The notes under the pieces: model-generated
The model's database searches: none
What the model saw: the letters and a program-made list of their open reading frames with translations, nothing else
What the model was told of the DNA's origin: nothing
Program-made: the position numbers and the translations under genes
Shown: piece by piece, positions 20,145 to 29,984 of the stretch
How the letters are laid out: each line of letters begins with the position of its first letter
Position numbering within the stretch: position 1 is the stretch's first letter
Assembly (NCBI GenBank): GCA_963730185.1
Contig: CAVSQW010000008.1
Span: forward strand, 416,001-480,000
Reading direction: 5' to 3'
Source of the DNA: an uncultured Gemmatimonadales bacterium
GTDB taxonomy: Bacteria > Gemmatimonadota > Gemmatimonadetes > Gemmatimonadales > GWC2-71-9
DNA: 64,000 nt

Positions 20145-22025
20145 CTAGCCCTGCTTGCCCTCCCAGCCCGCGATTCCCTCCTCCAGCCACACGTGGTCGC
20201 GCTGGAGGACCCGCTGCGCCACCCGGTAGGTGAGGTCGTCCTCGTTCGCGAAGACCTCCTCGAACTTGACGGTCACTCGCCACGTCATGTTGCGGCAGAA
20301 GAGATCGGCCAGCTCCACCGGCCCGCGATTGCTTGGGTCCTTGGTCACCAGTCGCTGCGCCTTGGAGCACGCCGCGCTCATGGCGAAGAGATCGGCGCCG
20401 ATCTCCACCAGCCGGAAGAGCACCGCCTGCTTCTTCTCCAGCCGCGGGCCGAACCGGACCATGGCCTGGAACAGGGTGCGGGCCAGTCGGCGCGACGCCC
20501 GGTTCACGAACCGGAGGTGCGGGGCGAGCGGGCCGAACTCGGCGTAGCGGGGCCAGAGCGCCCAGCCGAAGAACTGCTTGGGGTACCACCAGGCGTAGAA
20601 GAGTCCAGCCTTGACCAGCGCCGCGAGCTTCTGGCCGGCCGACGTCTTCGGGTTGATCAGGTCACCGGCCACCTTGAGATGGGTGTCGACCGCTTCGCGG
20701 GCGATGAAGAGCCGCATGATCTCCGACGAGCCCTCGAAGATCAGATTGATCCGCGAGTCGCGCATGATCCGCTCGACCGGGTCGGGCCGGTCGCCGCGGG
20801 ACCGGAGGCTGTCGGCGGTCTCGTAGCCCCGGCCACCCTTGATCTGGACGGTGTCGTCGACGATCCGCCACCCGGCCTCCGAGTTCCACATCTTGGCGAT
20901 CGCCGCCTCGAGCCGGATGTCCGTCTTCGGGCGGTCGGCCAGGAGGGAGCAGAGATCGCTCACCGCCTCCATTGCGAATGTGTCCGCCGCCATCCTCCCG
21001 ATCTTCTGGGCAATGGCGTCGTGCTTGCCGATCGGCTGGCCCCATTGGGCCCGATCGGTCGCCCATTTCCGGGAGATTTCCAGACAGCGTTTGGCGGCGG
21101 TGACGCACGACGCCGGCAGCGCGAGCCGGCCGGTGTTGAGCGTGATCAGCGCCAGCTTGAGTCCCTTGCCCTCGCCCCAGAGCACGTTCTCGACCGGCAC
21201 CTTCACGTCGTGGAACCGGAGCAGCCCGTTCTCGAGGGCCCGGAGCCCCATGAAGTGGAGCCGCTGGTGCACCTCCACACCGGGCCAGTCGGTCTCGACG
21301 ATAAAGGCGGTGATCTTCTTCGGACCGGTCCGCGCCATCACCACGATCACGTCGGCGCAGGTGCCGTTGGTGCACCAGAGTTTTTCGCCGTTGAGGACCC
21401 AATGGGTGCCGTCGGGGCTCAGCTCCGCCGTGGTGGAGAGCCCCGCCGGGTCGGAGCCCACTCCCGTCTCGGTCAGGGCAAAGGCCGAGATCTGCCCCTG
21501 CGCCAGCCGGGGCAGGTACTTCTTCTTCTGCTCCGCGCTGCCGAACAGCTTGAGCGGCACCGGCACCCCGATCGACTGGCTGGCCGAGAGCAGCGCGGTG
21601 ACGTTGCCGCACAAGCTCGATACCATCGAGATCGCCCGGGTGTACATCAGCTGGCTCAGCCCCAGCCCGCCGTACTCCGCCGGGATCTTGATCCCGAACG
21701 CCCCCAGCTTCCGAAGCCCCTCCACCACGTCCGCCGGCACTTGGCCCTCCCGGTCGATCCGGTCGGCGTCGACGTGCTCCAGCATGAACGCTTCGAGGCG
21801 GTCCAGGAACGGTTGGGCCCGGGCCAGGTCCTCGGCGGTAGGCTCGGGGTACGGATGAATGAGGTCGAGCCGGAGATTGCCCTCGAACAGCTCCTTGACG
21901 AAGCTCGGATTCCACTCGGTCTCGCGGGCGGCCTCAGCGACCTCCCGGGCTTCCTGTTCCGATACCCGGGGTGCGTGGGCGGCTCCCGAAGCGGGGGTCT
22001 TGGGGGTCGGCGCGGTGGTGGTCAT
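20145..22025 (-). CDS. Acyl-CoA dehydrogenase (long, ACAD9/FadE-like)
   Basis: IPAEYGGLG, SAFALTETGVGSD, LNGEKLWCTNG, TLNTGR, GGRGYE, RDSRINLIFEGSSEI. Confidence 0.92.
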   Translation of the reverse strand: MTTTAPTPKTPASGAAHAPRVSEQEAREVAEAARETEWNPSFVKELFEGNLRLDLIHPYPEPTAEDLARAQPFLDRLEAFMLEHVDADRIDREGQVPADVVEGLRKLGAFGIKIPAEYGGLGLSQLMYTRAISMVSSLCGNVTALLSASQSIGVPVPLKLFGSAEQKKKYLPRLAQGQISAFALTETGVGSDPAGLSTTAELSPDGTHWVLNGEKLWCTNGTCADVIVVMARTGPKKITAFIVETDWPGVEVHQRLHFMGLRALENGLLRFHDVKVPVENVLWGEGKGLKLALITLNTGRLALPASCVTAAKRCLEISRKWATDRAQWGQPIGKHDAIAQKIGRMAADTFAMEAVSDLCSLLADRPKTDIRLEAAIAKMWNSEAGWRIVDDTVQIKGGRGYETADSLRSRGDRPDPVERIMRDSRINLIFEGSSEIMRLFIAREAVDTHLKVAGDLINPKTSAGQKLAALVKAGLFYAWWYPKQFFGWALWPRYAEFGPLAPHLRFVNRASRRLARTLFQAMVRFGPRLEKKQAVLFRLVEIGADLFAMSAACSKAQRLVTKDPSNRGPVELADLFCRNMTWRVTVKFEEVFANEDDLTYRVAQRVLQRDHVWLEEGIAGWEGKQG

Positions 22026-22061
22026 CGGAGGTTCCTCGGCGAGGCGTTGGGGTCGGGGCGG

Positions 22062-22718
22062 TTAGCGGGCCAGGGCGGCACGGCGGGCCCGGAGCCATCC
22101 CAGCAGGAGCTCGGTCACGTGCTGCTTCCGGGTTTCGAAGAAATTGGGATCGTCGGCGTCGAGCCCGACCATCCGGGCCAGGGTGTCGCCGTGAATGTAG
22201 GGCGACCAAGTGAGCGCGATCAGGCTGAACAGGAGGTGCGCCGCGTCGGACTGCTCGCTCGGGTCGAAGTCGAGATCCTGGCTCAGGGCCGCGATCATCT
22301 CGCGGCCGGCCACCAGACCTAGCGGCACCTCGGCCACCGTACCCCGGCCGCTGAGCGCCTCGCGCTCGATCAGCTTGACGAAGGTCGGGCGCTCCGCCAC
22401 GAAGTCGAAATAGTCCGAAACGGCGCCGGCTAAGATCACCTCGGCAGGCTGGCCGCTCCGGAGTGCCCGCTCCCGGCCCTGACGCACCGCTGAGCGGATC
22501 TCCTCGAAGCAGCGCTCCAGAACGGCCCGGTGGAGGTCGGCCTTGGAGCCGAAGAAATAGCCCGGGGTTGCCCGGGATACACCGGCCGCCTTGCCGACCT
22601 GGGCCAGACTGGTCTCCTCGAATCCCTGCTCGGCAAACAGCCGCTCGGCCGCATCCAGGATCTGCTCCCGGGTACGGGCGGCGTTGCGTTCGCGGTCGCG
22701 GGGCGGAGAGGCTGCCAT
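22062..22718 (-). CDS. TetR/AcrR family transcriptional regulator
   Basis: TREQILDAAERLFAEQGFEETSLAQVGKAAGVSRATPGYFFGSK helix-turn-helix. Confidence 0.92.
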   Translation of the reverse strand: MAASPPRDRERNAARTREQILDAAERLFAEQGFEETSLAQVGKAAGVSRATPGYFFGSKADLHRAVLERCFEEIRSAVRQGRERALRSGQPAEVILAGAVSDYFDFVAERPTFVKLIEREALSGRGTVAEVPLGLVAGREMIAALSQDLDFDPSEQSDAAHLLFSLIALTWSPYIHGDTLARMVGLDADDPNFFETRKQHVTELLLGWLRARRAALAR

Positions 22719-22724
22719 GGCTCA

Positions 22725-22772
22725 ACTTGCTGGACGTCTAGCAAGTATAGCGATCGGATCGATTCGGCTCAA
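22725..22772 (-). promoter_or_regulatory. Sigma70-type promoter of tetR with overlapping 22-bp palindromic operator
   Basis: Minus strand TTGAGC (22772-22767), 17-bp spacer, TATACT (22749-22744). Palindrome ACTTGCTGGACGTCTAGCAAGT at 22725-22746 has one mismatched pair. Confidence 0.7.
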
Positions 22773-22868
22773 GAGATCCAGGAGGGGAGTGAGCGATTTT
22801 CGGGGTGACCAGCCCAGGGATCGGCCATCTAAGTTACAATGAATCAACATATTCCAAGGAGCCTGACC

Positions 22869-23072
22869 ATGTCGGTTGCCAAGGTCGTCGAGATCACCGC
22901 CACCTCGAAGAAGAGCTTCGAGGACGCCATCACCGAGGGCATCCAGCGGGCCCACACCACCCTCAAGAACGTGAAGGGCGCCTGGGTTCAGGGACAGAAG
23001 GTGGAGGTCGAGAACGGCAAGGTCTCGGCCTACCGGGTGGATCTCAAGGTGACGTTCGTGCTCTCGGACTGA
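22869..23072 (+). CDS. Dodecin (flavin-binding) family protein
   Basis: MSVAKVVEITATSKKSFEDAITEGIQRAHTTLKNVKGAWV...YRVDLKVTFVL; AAGGAG RBS. Confidence 0.9.
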   Translation: MSVAKVVEITATSKKSFEDAITEGIQRAHTTLKNVKGAWVQGQKVEVENGKVSAYRVDLKVTFVLSD

Positions 23073-23105
23073 ATTAGCTTTGGGGCTCTCACGAGAGGGC
23101 TCCAA

Positions 23106-24884
23106 GTGGATCCGGCCAACGAGTCGACCTGCGCCAACTGCGGCGCTCCGGTTCCCGCGGTCGCCACCTTCTGCTCGCGATGCGGCACCCGCATCGGGGC
23201 GGCGGCGACCGCGGGCGCGCCCGGAGCGGCGACCACCCCGATGTCATCGCCTCTGCCGGAGCCCGACACCCCCGAGCGGCTCGCGGCGGCGCTGGGCGCC
23301 AATTACGAGGTCCGCGGCCTGATCGGGCGGGGCGGCTTCGCGGACGTCTTCGAGCTTTGGGACAAGGGACTCTCCCGGCGTCTGGCCGCGAAGGTACTGC
23401 GCCCGGACGTTGCCTGGACCCAGGGCATGCTGGCCCGGTTCCGGGAGGAGTGCCGGGTCCTGGCCAGCCTCAGCCATCCCAACATCTTGCCGATCCACTT
23501 CGTGGGCGAGGGCGAGGGCCTGACCTACTACGTCATGCCCTACGTCGAAGGCCAGTCGCTCGGCTCCTACCTCCGCTCCCACGGCAAGATGGAAGTGGAT
23601 CGGGCCCTCGAGGTCGCGGTCCCGATCCTCGAGGCGCTCGGGCACGCGCACCAGGCCGGGCTCCTCCATCGGGACATCAAGCCCGACAACGTCCTGATCG
23701 ATGCCACGACCGGGCGGGCGCTGCTGGTGGATTTCGGGATCGCCAAGCGGATCGACACCAGCGGGCCGCAGTACACCCAGACCGGCTTCGTGGTGGGCAC
23801 GCCGCAATACATGAGTCCGGAGCAGGCGCTGGGGCAGGGAGGGCTCGACGCCCGGAGCGACATCTACGCCTTCGGGGCGATGCTCTTTCAGATGGTCACC
23901 GGAGCGCCGCCCTACGACGGTGACTCCTCCCAGGAGATCGTCGGCAAGCACATCGCCGAGCCGGTCCCGGTGCCGGCCGACCGGAACGCGCGGATCCCCA
24001 TCTGGCTCTCGAACATCATCGTCCGCTGCCTCGCCAAGAAGCCGGCCGACCGGTTCCAGTCGGCGTCGGCGCTCCTCGACGCCATTCGAGTGGGAAGCGC
24101 GTCGCCCGCCGGAGCGACGGAGTCGGCCGCCCGAGTGGCGGCCCGGGCCAGCGGGGTGGTCGCCCCGCCCGATCCGATGCCACCGGAACCCGGGCGACCG
24201 GGCACCGCCACGACGGCTGCCGTCGGCGCCGCGAGCCCGGGCGACGCCGGACCGGCCGCCGCCCCGCCGACCCCACGTCGTCGCGGAGCCTTGCTGCCGG
24301 CCGTTCTCGTCGTGTTGGCGCTGGCCGCCGCCGGCTGGTGGCTCTTCGGGCGGCCGGCCTCGGTGAGCCTGACCAACCGGTTCGACCTCCCGCTCACCGT
24401 CACCCTGCCGGACGGGGCCACCGTGTCGGTGCCGCCCGGCGAGACCCAGACGATTCGCCTTCCCGGCCCCGGCTTCGTTCGGCTGGCCTGGAGCGTGGCC
24501 GCCCGAGCGGCGCCGGACGGCTCGCCCATGGGCGAGGCCCCGGGCGGGGAGCTCCAGCTGACTGCCCGCCGCGGCACGGTCGACGAAGCCATCGGCCTGG
24601 GGCAGGCCCGGGTCCCGATGTTCGAGCCGCTGATCACCAACCAAGGCTCCGTGCCGCTGCACCTGGTGGTGAACGCCGGGTTGGGCACGGCGCGGCCCTG
24701 CCATTGCCAGGTGGAGCCCGGTGCGGTCCGGGTCCCGATCGGGTTCTATCCTCTCTACCAGAACACCACGGTCGAGGCCAGCGACCCGTCCGGCCGGCAC
24801 GCCACCTTCCATGACCTCGGCCCCCAGGTGGACCGGCGCCTTTGGAAGGTCGGACTCGAGTTTACCGACCAGGACTTTCGGTAG
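23106..24884 (+). CDS. Ser/Thr protein kinase with N-terminal zinc ribbon, TM helix and extracytoplasmic domain
   Basis: [64 protein letters not shown]. Confidence 0.9.
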   Translation: MDPANESTCANCGAPVPAVATFCSRCGTRIGAAATAGAPGAATTPMSSPLPEPDTPERLAAALGANYEVRGLIGRGGFADVFELWDKGLSRRLAAKVLRPDVAWTQGMLARFREECRVLASLSHPNILPIHFVGEGEGLTYYVMPYVEGQSLGSYLRSHGKMEVDRALEVAVPILEALGHAHQAGLLHRDIKPDNVLIDATTGRALLVDFGIAKRIDTSGPQYTQTGFVVGTPQYMSPEQALGQGGLDARSDIYAFGAMLFQMVTGAPPYDGDSSQEIVGKHIAEPVPVPADRNARIPIWLSNIIVRCLAKKPADRFQSASALLDAIRVGSASPAGATESAARVAARASGVVAPPDPMPPEPGRPGTATTAAVGAASPGDAGPAAAPPTPRRRGALLPAVLVVLALAAAGWWLFGRPASVSLTNRFDLPLTVTLPDGATVSVPPGETQTIRLPGPGFVRLAWSVAARAAPDGSPMGEAPGGELQLTARRGTVDEAIGLGQARVPMFEPLITNQGSVPLHLVVNAGLGTARPCHCQVEPGAVRVPIGFYPLYQNTTVEASDPSGRHATFHDLGPQVDRRLWKVGLEFTDQDFR

Positions 24885-24891
24885 GCCTGGC

Positions 24892-26118
24892 GTGCCGCCC
24901 CGGATCCTGCTCGCCGACTGCGACCAGATGTTCGTGGCGGTCGCCCGCCTGGTCGACCCGGAGGGCGCCGGCCGGGCGCCGCTGCTGGTGGTTGGGGGTC
25001 GGGCCGAGAGCCGGGGCGTGGTCTGCTCGGCGTCGTACGAGGTCCGGGCCTTCGGGGTTCGGAGCGGGATGCCGATCGCGCGGGCCGCGCGGCTCTGTCC
25101 GGAGGCCACCTTCGTGCCGGTGCCTCGGCACGCCTGCCTGGAGAAGAGCCGCGCCGTCCGGGCGGTGCTCGAGCGGTGGGCGCCCCGGGTCGCCGCGGCG
25201 AGCATCGACGAGTTCTACCTCGACCTGACCGGGACCGAGGCCGTGTACCGGCACGAACCCCTGGCCCGAACGGCCGAGCGGCTTCGGCAGGACGTGCTGG
25301 AGGCGACCGGCCTTCGTCTGTCGGTGGGGGGCGGCACCAACCGGCTGGTCGCCAAGCTCGCGGCCGAGCGGGCCAAGCCCCGACCGGAGACTGGCGGCGT
25401 CGGGGTGCTGGTCGTGACGCCGGGTCAGGAGGCGGCCTTCCTGGCCACTCACCGGCTCGCCGAGATCCCTGGGGTGGGACCCCGGCTCCAGGCCATCCTC
25501 GAGAAGTACGGGCTCCGGACGGTGCCCGAGGCGCTCGGGGTCGATCGAGGGGGGCTCGAATCGTGGCTGGGACCGCGCACCGGGGCGTGGCTCTTCGATC
25601 GAATCCGGGGGCGGGGCAGCGGGGAGATCGGCACCGACGTTGGGGCCAAGTCGATGAGCCACGAGGAGACGTTCGCCCGGGATCTCGGGACCGACGACGC
25701 CCTCGAGACCGAGCTGCTCCGCCTCGTGACCCGGCTGGCCGCCGACCTCCGGAAGGCCGGCCTCCGGGCCCGGTGCGTCACGGTCAAGCTCCGCGACTAC
25801 GACTTCCGCACCCGCCAGACGAGTCGAACCGTGCCCGAGCCGGTCGACGCCGACCGAGTCGCCTACGGCGTGGCGGTGGCGCTGCTCCGCCAGCTCCGGG
25901 CCCGCCGCCGGGTGCCCGCCCGGCTGATCGGCGTCGCGTTCTCCCGGTTCGAGGACGAACGGGAGCCGCAGCTCGACCTCCTGGCCGACGCGGCCCCGGC
26001 CGGCGGGGAGGCCAACCGCGATCGCCGGGTCGCGGCCGTGGTCGACCGGGTCAATCGGCGCTTTGGGCGTCAGGCCCTCGAACCGGCCCGCCTCAAGTCC
26101 GGCCGGCGCGACCGGTGA
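24892..26118 (+). CDS. dinB: DNA polymerase IV (Y-family)
   Basis: GTG 24892. RILLADCDQMFVAV, RGVVCSASYEVRAFGVRSGMP, ASIDEFYLD, KSMSHEETF, VTVKLRDYDF, RLIGV. Confidence 0.88.
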   Translation: MPPRILLADCDQMFVAVARLVDPEGAGRAPLLVVGGRAESRGVVCSASYEVRAFGVRSGMPIARAARLCPEATFVPVPRHACLEKSRAVRAVLERWAPRVAAASIDEFYLDLTGTEAVYRHEPLARTAERLRQDVLEATGLRLSVGGGTNRLVAKLAAERAKPRPETGGVGVLVVTPGQEAAFLATHRLAEIPGVGPRLQAILEKYGLRTVPEALGVDRGGLESWLGPRTGAWLFDRIRGRGSGEIGTDVGAKSMSHEETFARDLGTDDALETELLRLVTRLAADLRKAGLRARCVTVKLRDYDFRTRQTSRTVPEPVDADRVAYGVAVALLRQLRARRRVPARLIGVAFSRFEDEREPQLDLLADAAPAGGEANRDRRVAAVVDRVNRRFGRQALEPARLKSGRRDR

Positions 26119-27165
26119 CTACATGATGTGGACCGCGGTCGCCTTGACCGCGGCCAGGGCGGGCTGACCGGCGTCGAGTCCCATCTCGTCGACCGACCGC
26201 CGGGTCAGGTGGGCCACCAGCGGGAGGCCCACGTCGAGGTGAACCGTCGCGAGGGCCCCCACCGTCTCCACCCGGACCACCCGGCCGCGAAGGTGGTTCC
26301 GGGGCGGGCTCGGGAGCTCGGTCCGGGAGACCAGAATCTCTTCCGGGCGGATCATCGCGTGACACGGCCCCCGCCGCTCCGTCACCACCTCGAGCTCGAG
26401 CGGCCCGCTCGCGAACACGCTCCCCCGGCCCGCCACCTCGCGCACCTCGCCCGCCAGCACGTTGCCGCTCCCGATGAAGTCGGCGACGAACGCCGTGGCG
26501 GGCTCCCGGAAGACCAGCCCGGGTGGCCCCTCCTGAACGATCCGACCGGCGTTGAGCACCGCGACCAGCGAGCCGAGCCGGAGGGCGTCCTCGAAATCGT
26601 GGGTCACGTGAACCACCGTGGCCCGCTCCAGGGCGTGAATCCGATGGAGCTCCTCCCGGAGCCGGCGCCGGGACCGCGGGTCGATGGCCGTGAGGGGCTC
26701 GTCCAGGAGCAGCAACCGGGGACGGGGGGCGAGCGCCCGGGCGAGCGCCACCCGCTGACGCTCCCCGCCGCTCAGATCCTCGATCGAGCGTCCCAGGAGG
26801 ACCTCGATCCCGAGGACCGCGGCCAGCTCGTCGATCCGGGCTGTCCGCCGGGCCTCGGTCGACTCGGATCGCTTCAGTCCGTATCCGATGTTCTGGGCCA
26901 CGGTCAGGTGGGGAAAGAGGTGATGACGCTGGTAGACCACCCCGACCCCCCGCGCTTCGGGCGGCAGGTCGGTCGCATCGACCCCCCCGATGGTGATGGC
27001 GCCCGCCGCCGTCTCGAGGTGCCCGGCGATGGCCTCGATCAGGGTGCTCTTGCCGGCGCCGGTCGGGCCGATGACGAGGGCATAGCTCTCGGCGGGGACG
27101 CTCAGACTGATCGGTCCGAGGTGGAAGCCGCCCCGGCTCACTTCCAGCTGCTCGAGCCGGATCAC
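26119..27165 (-). CDS. Molybdate/tungstate ABC transporter ATPase with TOBE domain (ModC/WtpC-like)
   Basis: GTG 27165; GPTGAGKS, LSGGERQRVALARAL, LLLDEP, HVTHD; C-terminal SPPRNHLRG...AAVKATAVH TOBE domain. Confidence 0.82.
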   Translation of the reverse strand: MIRLEQLEVSRGGFHLGPISLSVPAESYALVIGPTGAGKSTLIEAIAGHLETAAGAITIGGVDATDLPPEARGVGVVYQRHHLFPHLTVAQNIGYGLKRSESTEARRTARIDELAAVLGIEVLLGRSIEDLSGGERQRVALARALAPRPRLLLLDEPLTAIDPRSRRRLREELHRIHALERATVVHVTHDFEDALRLGSLVAVLNAGRIVQEGPPGLVFREPATAFVADFIGSGNVLAGEVREVAGRGSVFASGPLELEVVTERRGPCHAMIRPEEILVSRTELPSPPRNHLRGRVVRVETVGALATVHLDVGLPLVAHLTRRSVDEMGLDAGQPALAAVKATAVHIM

Positions 27166-27953
27166 GTCGGCTCCTTCCCCTCGAGCAGCGAGAGCGCGAT
27201 GACCATCAGCACCCCCACCGCCACCAGCAGCGCCGCCGCCGGGATGACTCCCTCCAACCCGTCGGTCGTCAGGCGGTCGTAGATCAGCACGCTGGCCACC
27301 CTCGGGTGGTAGGTCAGCACCACAATCGCCCCGAACTCGCTCACCGCCCGGGCCCACGAGATCAACGCTCCCGCGGCCACGGCCCGGCGGGCCAGGGGGA
27401 ACGTGACCCGACGGAACGCGGCCCACTCGGTGTCGCCCAGCGACCGGGCCACCCGCTCCAGGGCGGGGTCGACCGCGCGGAACGATTGGGTGGCGGCTGA
27501 GACGAAGATCGGTACCGACACGAACGTCATCGCGGCGATCAGGCCGGGGACGTGGTTCACGACCTCGAGCCCCAGGCTGGCCAGCGCCCGACCCACGGCC
27601 GTGTTCCGTCCGAAGAACATCAGCAGCGCGATTCCGGCGACGGGGTGGGGGATCAGCACCGGGATCTGAAGCACGCCCCACACGGCCCGCCGCCCCGGGA
27701 AGCGATACCGAGCCAGCAGGTACGCCAGTGGTACCCCGAGAATCACCGACACCGTGGTGGCCGCGCTGGCGGTGAGAATCGTGAGACCGATCGCGTGCTG
27801 CAGCTCCCGGTCGCCGGCGATGCCCGAGAGCGACGCCTGGGGCGAGAAGAGCAGCAACCGGACCACCGGCCCGACGATGAACAGCACCAGCAGGGCGCTG
27901 AGGATCGCGAAGGCCGGTGTGGTCTGGCCGAAAGAGCGGCGGAATCGGGTCAC
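27162..27953 (-). CDS. Molybdate/tungstate ABC transporter permease (ModB/WtpB-like)
   Basis: GVPLAYLLAR, IPVLIPHPVAGIALL, LERVARSLG (EAA loop), WARAVSEFGA. Confidence 0.82.
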   Translation of the reverse strand: MTRFRRSFGQTTPAFAILSALLVLFIVGPVVRLLLFSPQASLSGIAGDRELQHAIGLTILTASAATTVSVILGVPLAYLLARYRFPGRRAVWGVLQIPVLIPHPVAGIALLMFFGRNTAVGRALASLGLEVVNHVPGLIAAMTFVSVPIFVSAATQSFRAVDPALERVARSLGDTEWAAFRRVTFPLARRAVAAGALISWARAVSEFGAIVVLTYHPRVASVLIYDRLTTDGLEGVIPAAALLVAVGVLMVIALSLLEGKEPT

Positions 27954-28105
27954 GGCTCGGCGATCGGTCCGCGGGTCGAAGGGCGTCTAAGATCGCGCCG
28001 ATACCGGATCAAGTCCACCGGCGCCTATATTACGCCGGAATCGCCAGTCGCCGAGGCCGGCGACCCCTCTCCACCATCCGAATTTCGCCTCCGGAGGCGT
28101 GGTCG

Positions 28106-28609
28106 ATGCGCATCAGCGCCAGCATGCAGCGGGCCTTGAACGAGCAGATCCAGAAGGAGTTCGGCGCTTCCTACCTGTATCTGTCGATGGCCGCCTATTT
28201 CGCCGAAAAGAACCTCAACGGCTTCGCCCGCTGGATGCGGATGCAGGGGCTGGAGGAGGCGAAGCACGCCATGCGGATCTTCGATTTCGTCGAGGATCGG
28301 GGCGGGCGGGTCACCCTCGAGGCGATCGACCGCCCGCCGCCCGACTATCCCTCGCCCCTCGGCGTCTTCGAGCACGCCCGGGATCACGAGGCCAGGGTCT
28401 CGTCCGGCATCCACACCCTCTACGAGCTCGCTGCCACCGAGAAGGACTACGCCAGCCAGGCGATGCTCCAGTGGTTCATCACCGAGCAGGTCGAGGAAGA
28501 GAAAACCAGCAACGAAATCGTCGAGACCCTCCGGATGATCGGTGACAACAGCTCCGGTCTCTACATGGTCGACAAGGAGCTCGGCGCCCGGCAAGGGAGC
28601 GAAGGATGA
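28106..28609 (+). CDS. ftnA: Non-heme ferritin
   Basis: ATG 28106 after GGAGG; LNEQIQKEFGASYLYLSMAAYF, EEAKHA, HEARVS, LQWFITEQVEEE ferroxidase residues. Confidence 0.88.
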   Translation: MRISASMQRALNEQIQKEFGASYLYLSMAAYFAEKNLNGFARWMRMQGLEEAKHAMRIFDFVEDRGGRVTLEAIDRPPPDYPSPLGVFEHARDHEARVSSGIHTLYELAATEKDYASQAMLQWFITEQVEEEKTSNEIVETLRMIGDNSSGLYMVDKELGARQGSEG

Positions 28610-29502
28610 CGCCCCCTCCGCGGGTCGCCTTTCTCGGCCTCGGCGCCATCGGGCGACCGATGGCCGCCCGGGTCGCCGCCCGCTATCCGCTGACCGTCTG
28701 GAACCGGACCGGGTCGGTCACCACCGAGTTCGTCGGCTCGGTCGCCGCCCAGGCTGCCGCCTCGCCGGCGGACGCCGTTCGCGACGCCGACGTCGTCATG
28801 GCCTGCCTCTCCACCTCGCGCGACGTGGAGGCCGTCCTGGCGAGCGGTGGCACCGAGGCGGCCCTCAAGCGAGGGTCGCTCTTCCTCGACTGCACCTCCG
28901 GTGATCCGGCCACCTCTCGCGCCATCGCCGCCCGGCTCGCCGCCAACGGAGTGGCCTTCGCCGACTGTCCCGTGAGCGGCGGGACCAACGGCGCCGAGGC
29001 CGGGGTCCTGACCGTGATGGTCGGAGCCGAGCCCGCTGTGTTCGAGCGAGCTCGTCCCTTGCTCGAGACCTTCGGCAAGCTGATCGTCCGGGTGGGCGAC
29101 GTCGGGGCCGGCGACACGATCAAGGCCGTGAACCAAGCCCTCCTCGCGTCGAACATCCTGAGTCTCGCCGAGGGGCTCACCGCGATGGTCAAGGCCGGCG
29201 TCGAACCCCGGCGGGGCCTCGAGGTGATCAACGCCTCCAGTGGTCGCTCCTTCGTCAGCGAGAAGCTGGTCCCGGAGCGGGTCCTCACCGGGACCTGGCC
29301 CAACACCTTCCGTCTGGCCCTGATGGACAAGGACGTGGGCATCGCGATGGAGCTGATCGGCCAGCTGGGACTCGAGGCCCCCGTGTTGGACCGGGTCAAG
29401 GAGATTCTCGGGCGGGTCCGCTCGGAGCTCGGCGAAGGCGGCGACTACCTCGAGGCGATTCGGCTGGCCGAGACCAAGGCCGGGGTGGAGATTCGCGGAT
29501 GA
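28606..29502 (+). CDS. NAD(P)-dependent beta-hydroxyacid dehydrogenase (3-hydroxyisobutyrate dehydrogenase family)
   Basis: FLGLGAIGRPMA, WNRT, DCPVSGG, IKAVNQ, KDVGIA. Confidence 0.88.
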   Translation: MTPPPRVAFLGLGAIGRPMAARVAARYPLTVWNRTGSVTTEFVGSVAAQAAASPADAVRDADVVMACLSTSRDVEAVLASGGTEAALKRGSLFLDCTSGDPATSRAIAARLAANGVAFADCPVSGGTNGAEAGVLTVMVGAEPAVFERARPLLETFGKLIVRVGDVGAGDTIKAVNQALLASNILSLAEGLTAMVKAGVEPRRGLEVINASSGRSFVSEKLVPERVLTGTWPNTFRLALMDKDVGIAMELIGQLGLEAPVLDRVKEILGRVRSELGEGGDYLEAIRLAETKAGVEIRG

Positions 29503-29984
29503 GCGGCGGCTGGGTGGATACCCGGCGCCTGCGCGCCGAGATCCTGCTCTCCGGCCGGCGGCTCATCACCGGCGACATCTATCTCCAGCTGGTGGCGGAG
29601 ACGCACTCCGGGCCGGAGTCGCCGGTGGACCTCCTCAATCGGCAGGAGGAGTTCTTCGCCGTGATGCTCGACGGCGAGCAGCCGGTGTTTCTTGCCAAGT
29701 CGCAGGTGCTCTACGTCCGCCTTCCGCCGCAGCCGACCATCGACGACCCGGACCGCGAATCGGCCGCCCGCCGGCTCAACCTCGAGATCGAGCTGACCGA
29801 CGGGACCGTGTGCGAGGGCCTGGTCGCGATCGAGCTCCCGCCCGACCGGCCCCGGATGCTCGATTTTCTCAACATCGTGCCCGGCTTCTTCGCGATGGCC
29901 GCGCCCGAGGCCGTGCTCCTGCTCAACAAGCGCCACATCCGGGCGGCCAGTCCGCTCGCCCAGGTACCGCATGCCGCGACTTGA
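29499..29984 (+). CDS. Hypothetical protein made of two similar domains of about 70 aa
   Basis: Overlaps both neighbours. Internal repeat: EILLSGRRLITGDIYL...DLLNRQEEFF vs EIELTDGTVCEGLVAI...DFLNIVPGFF. Confidence 0.65.
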   Translation: MSGGWVDTRRLRAEILLSGRRLITGDIYLQLVAETHSGPESPVDLLNRQEEFFAVMLDGEQPVFLAKSQVLYVRLPPQPTIDDPDRESAARRLNLEIELTDGTVCEGLVAIELPPDRPRMLDFLNIVPGFFAMAAPEAVLLLNKRHIRAASPLAQVPHAAT

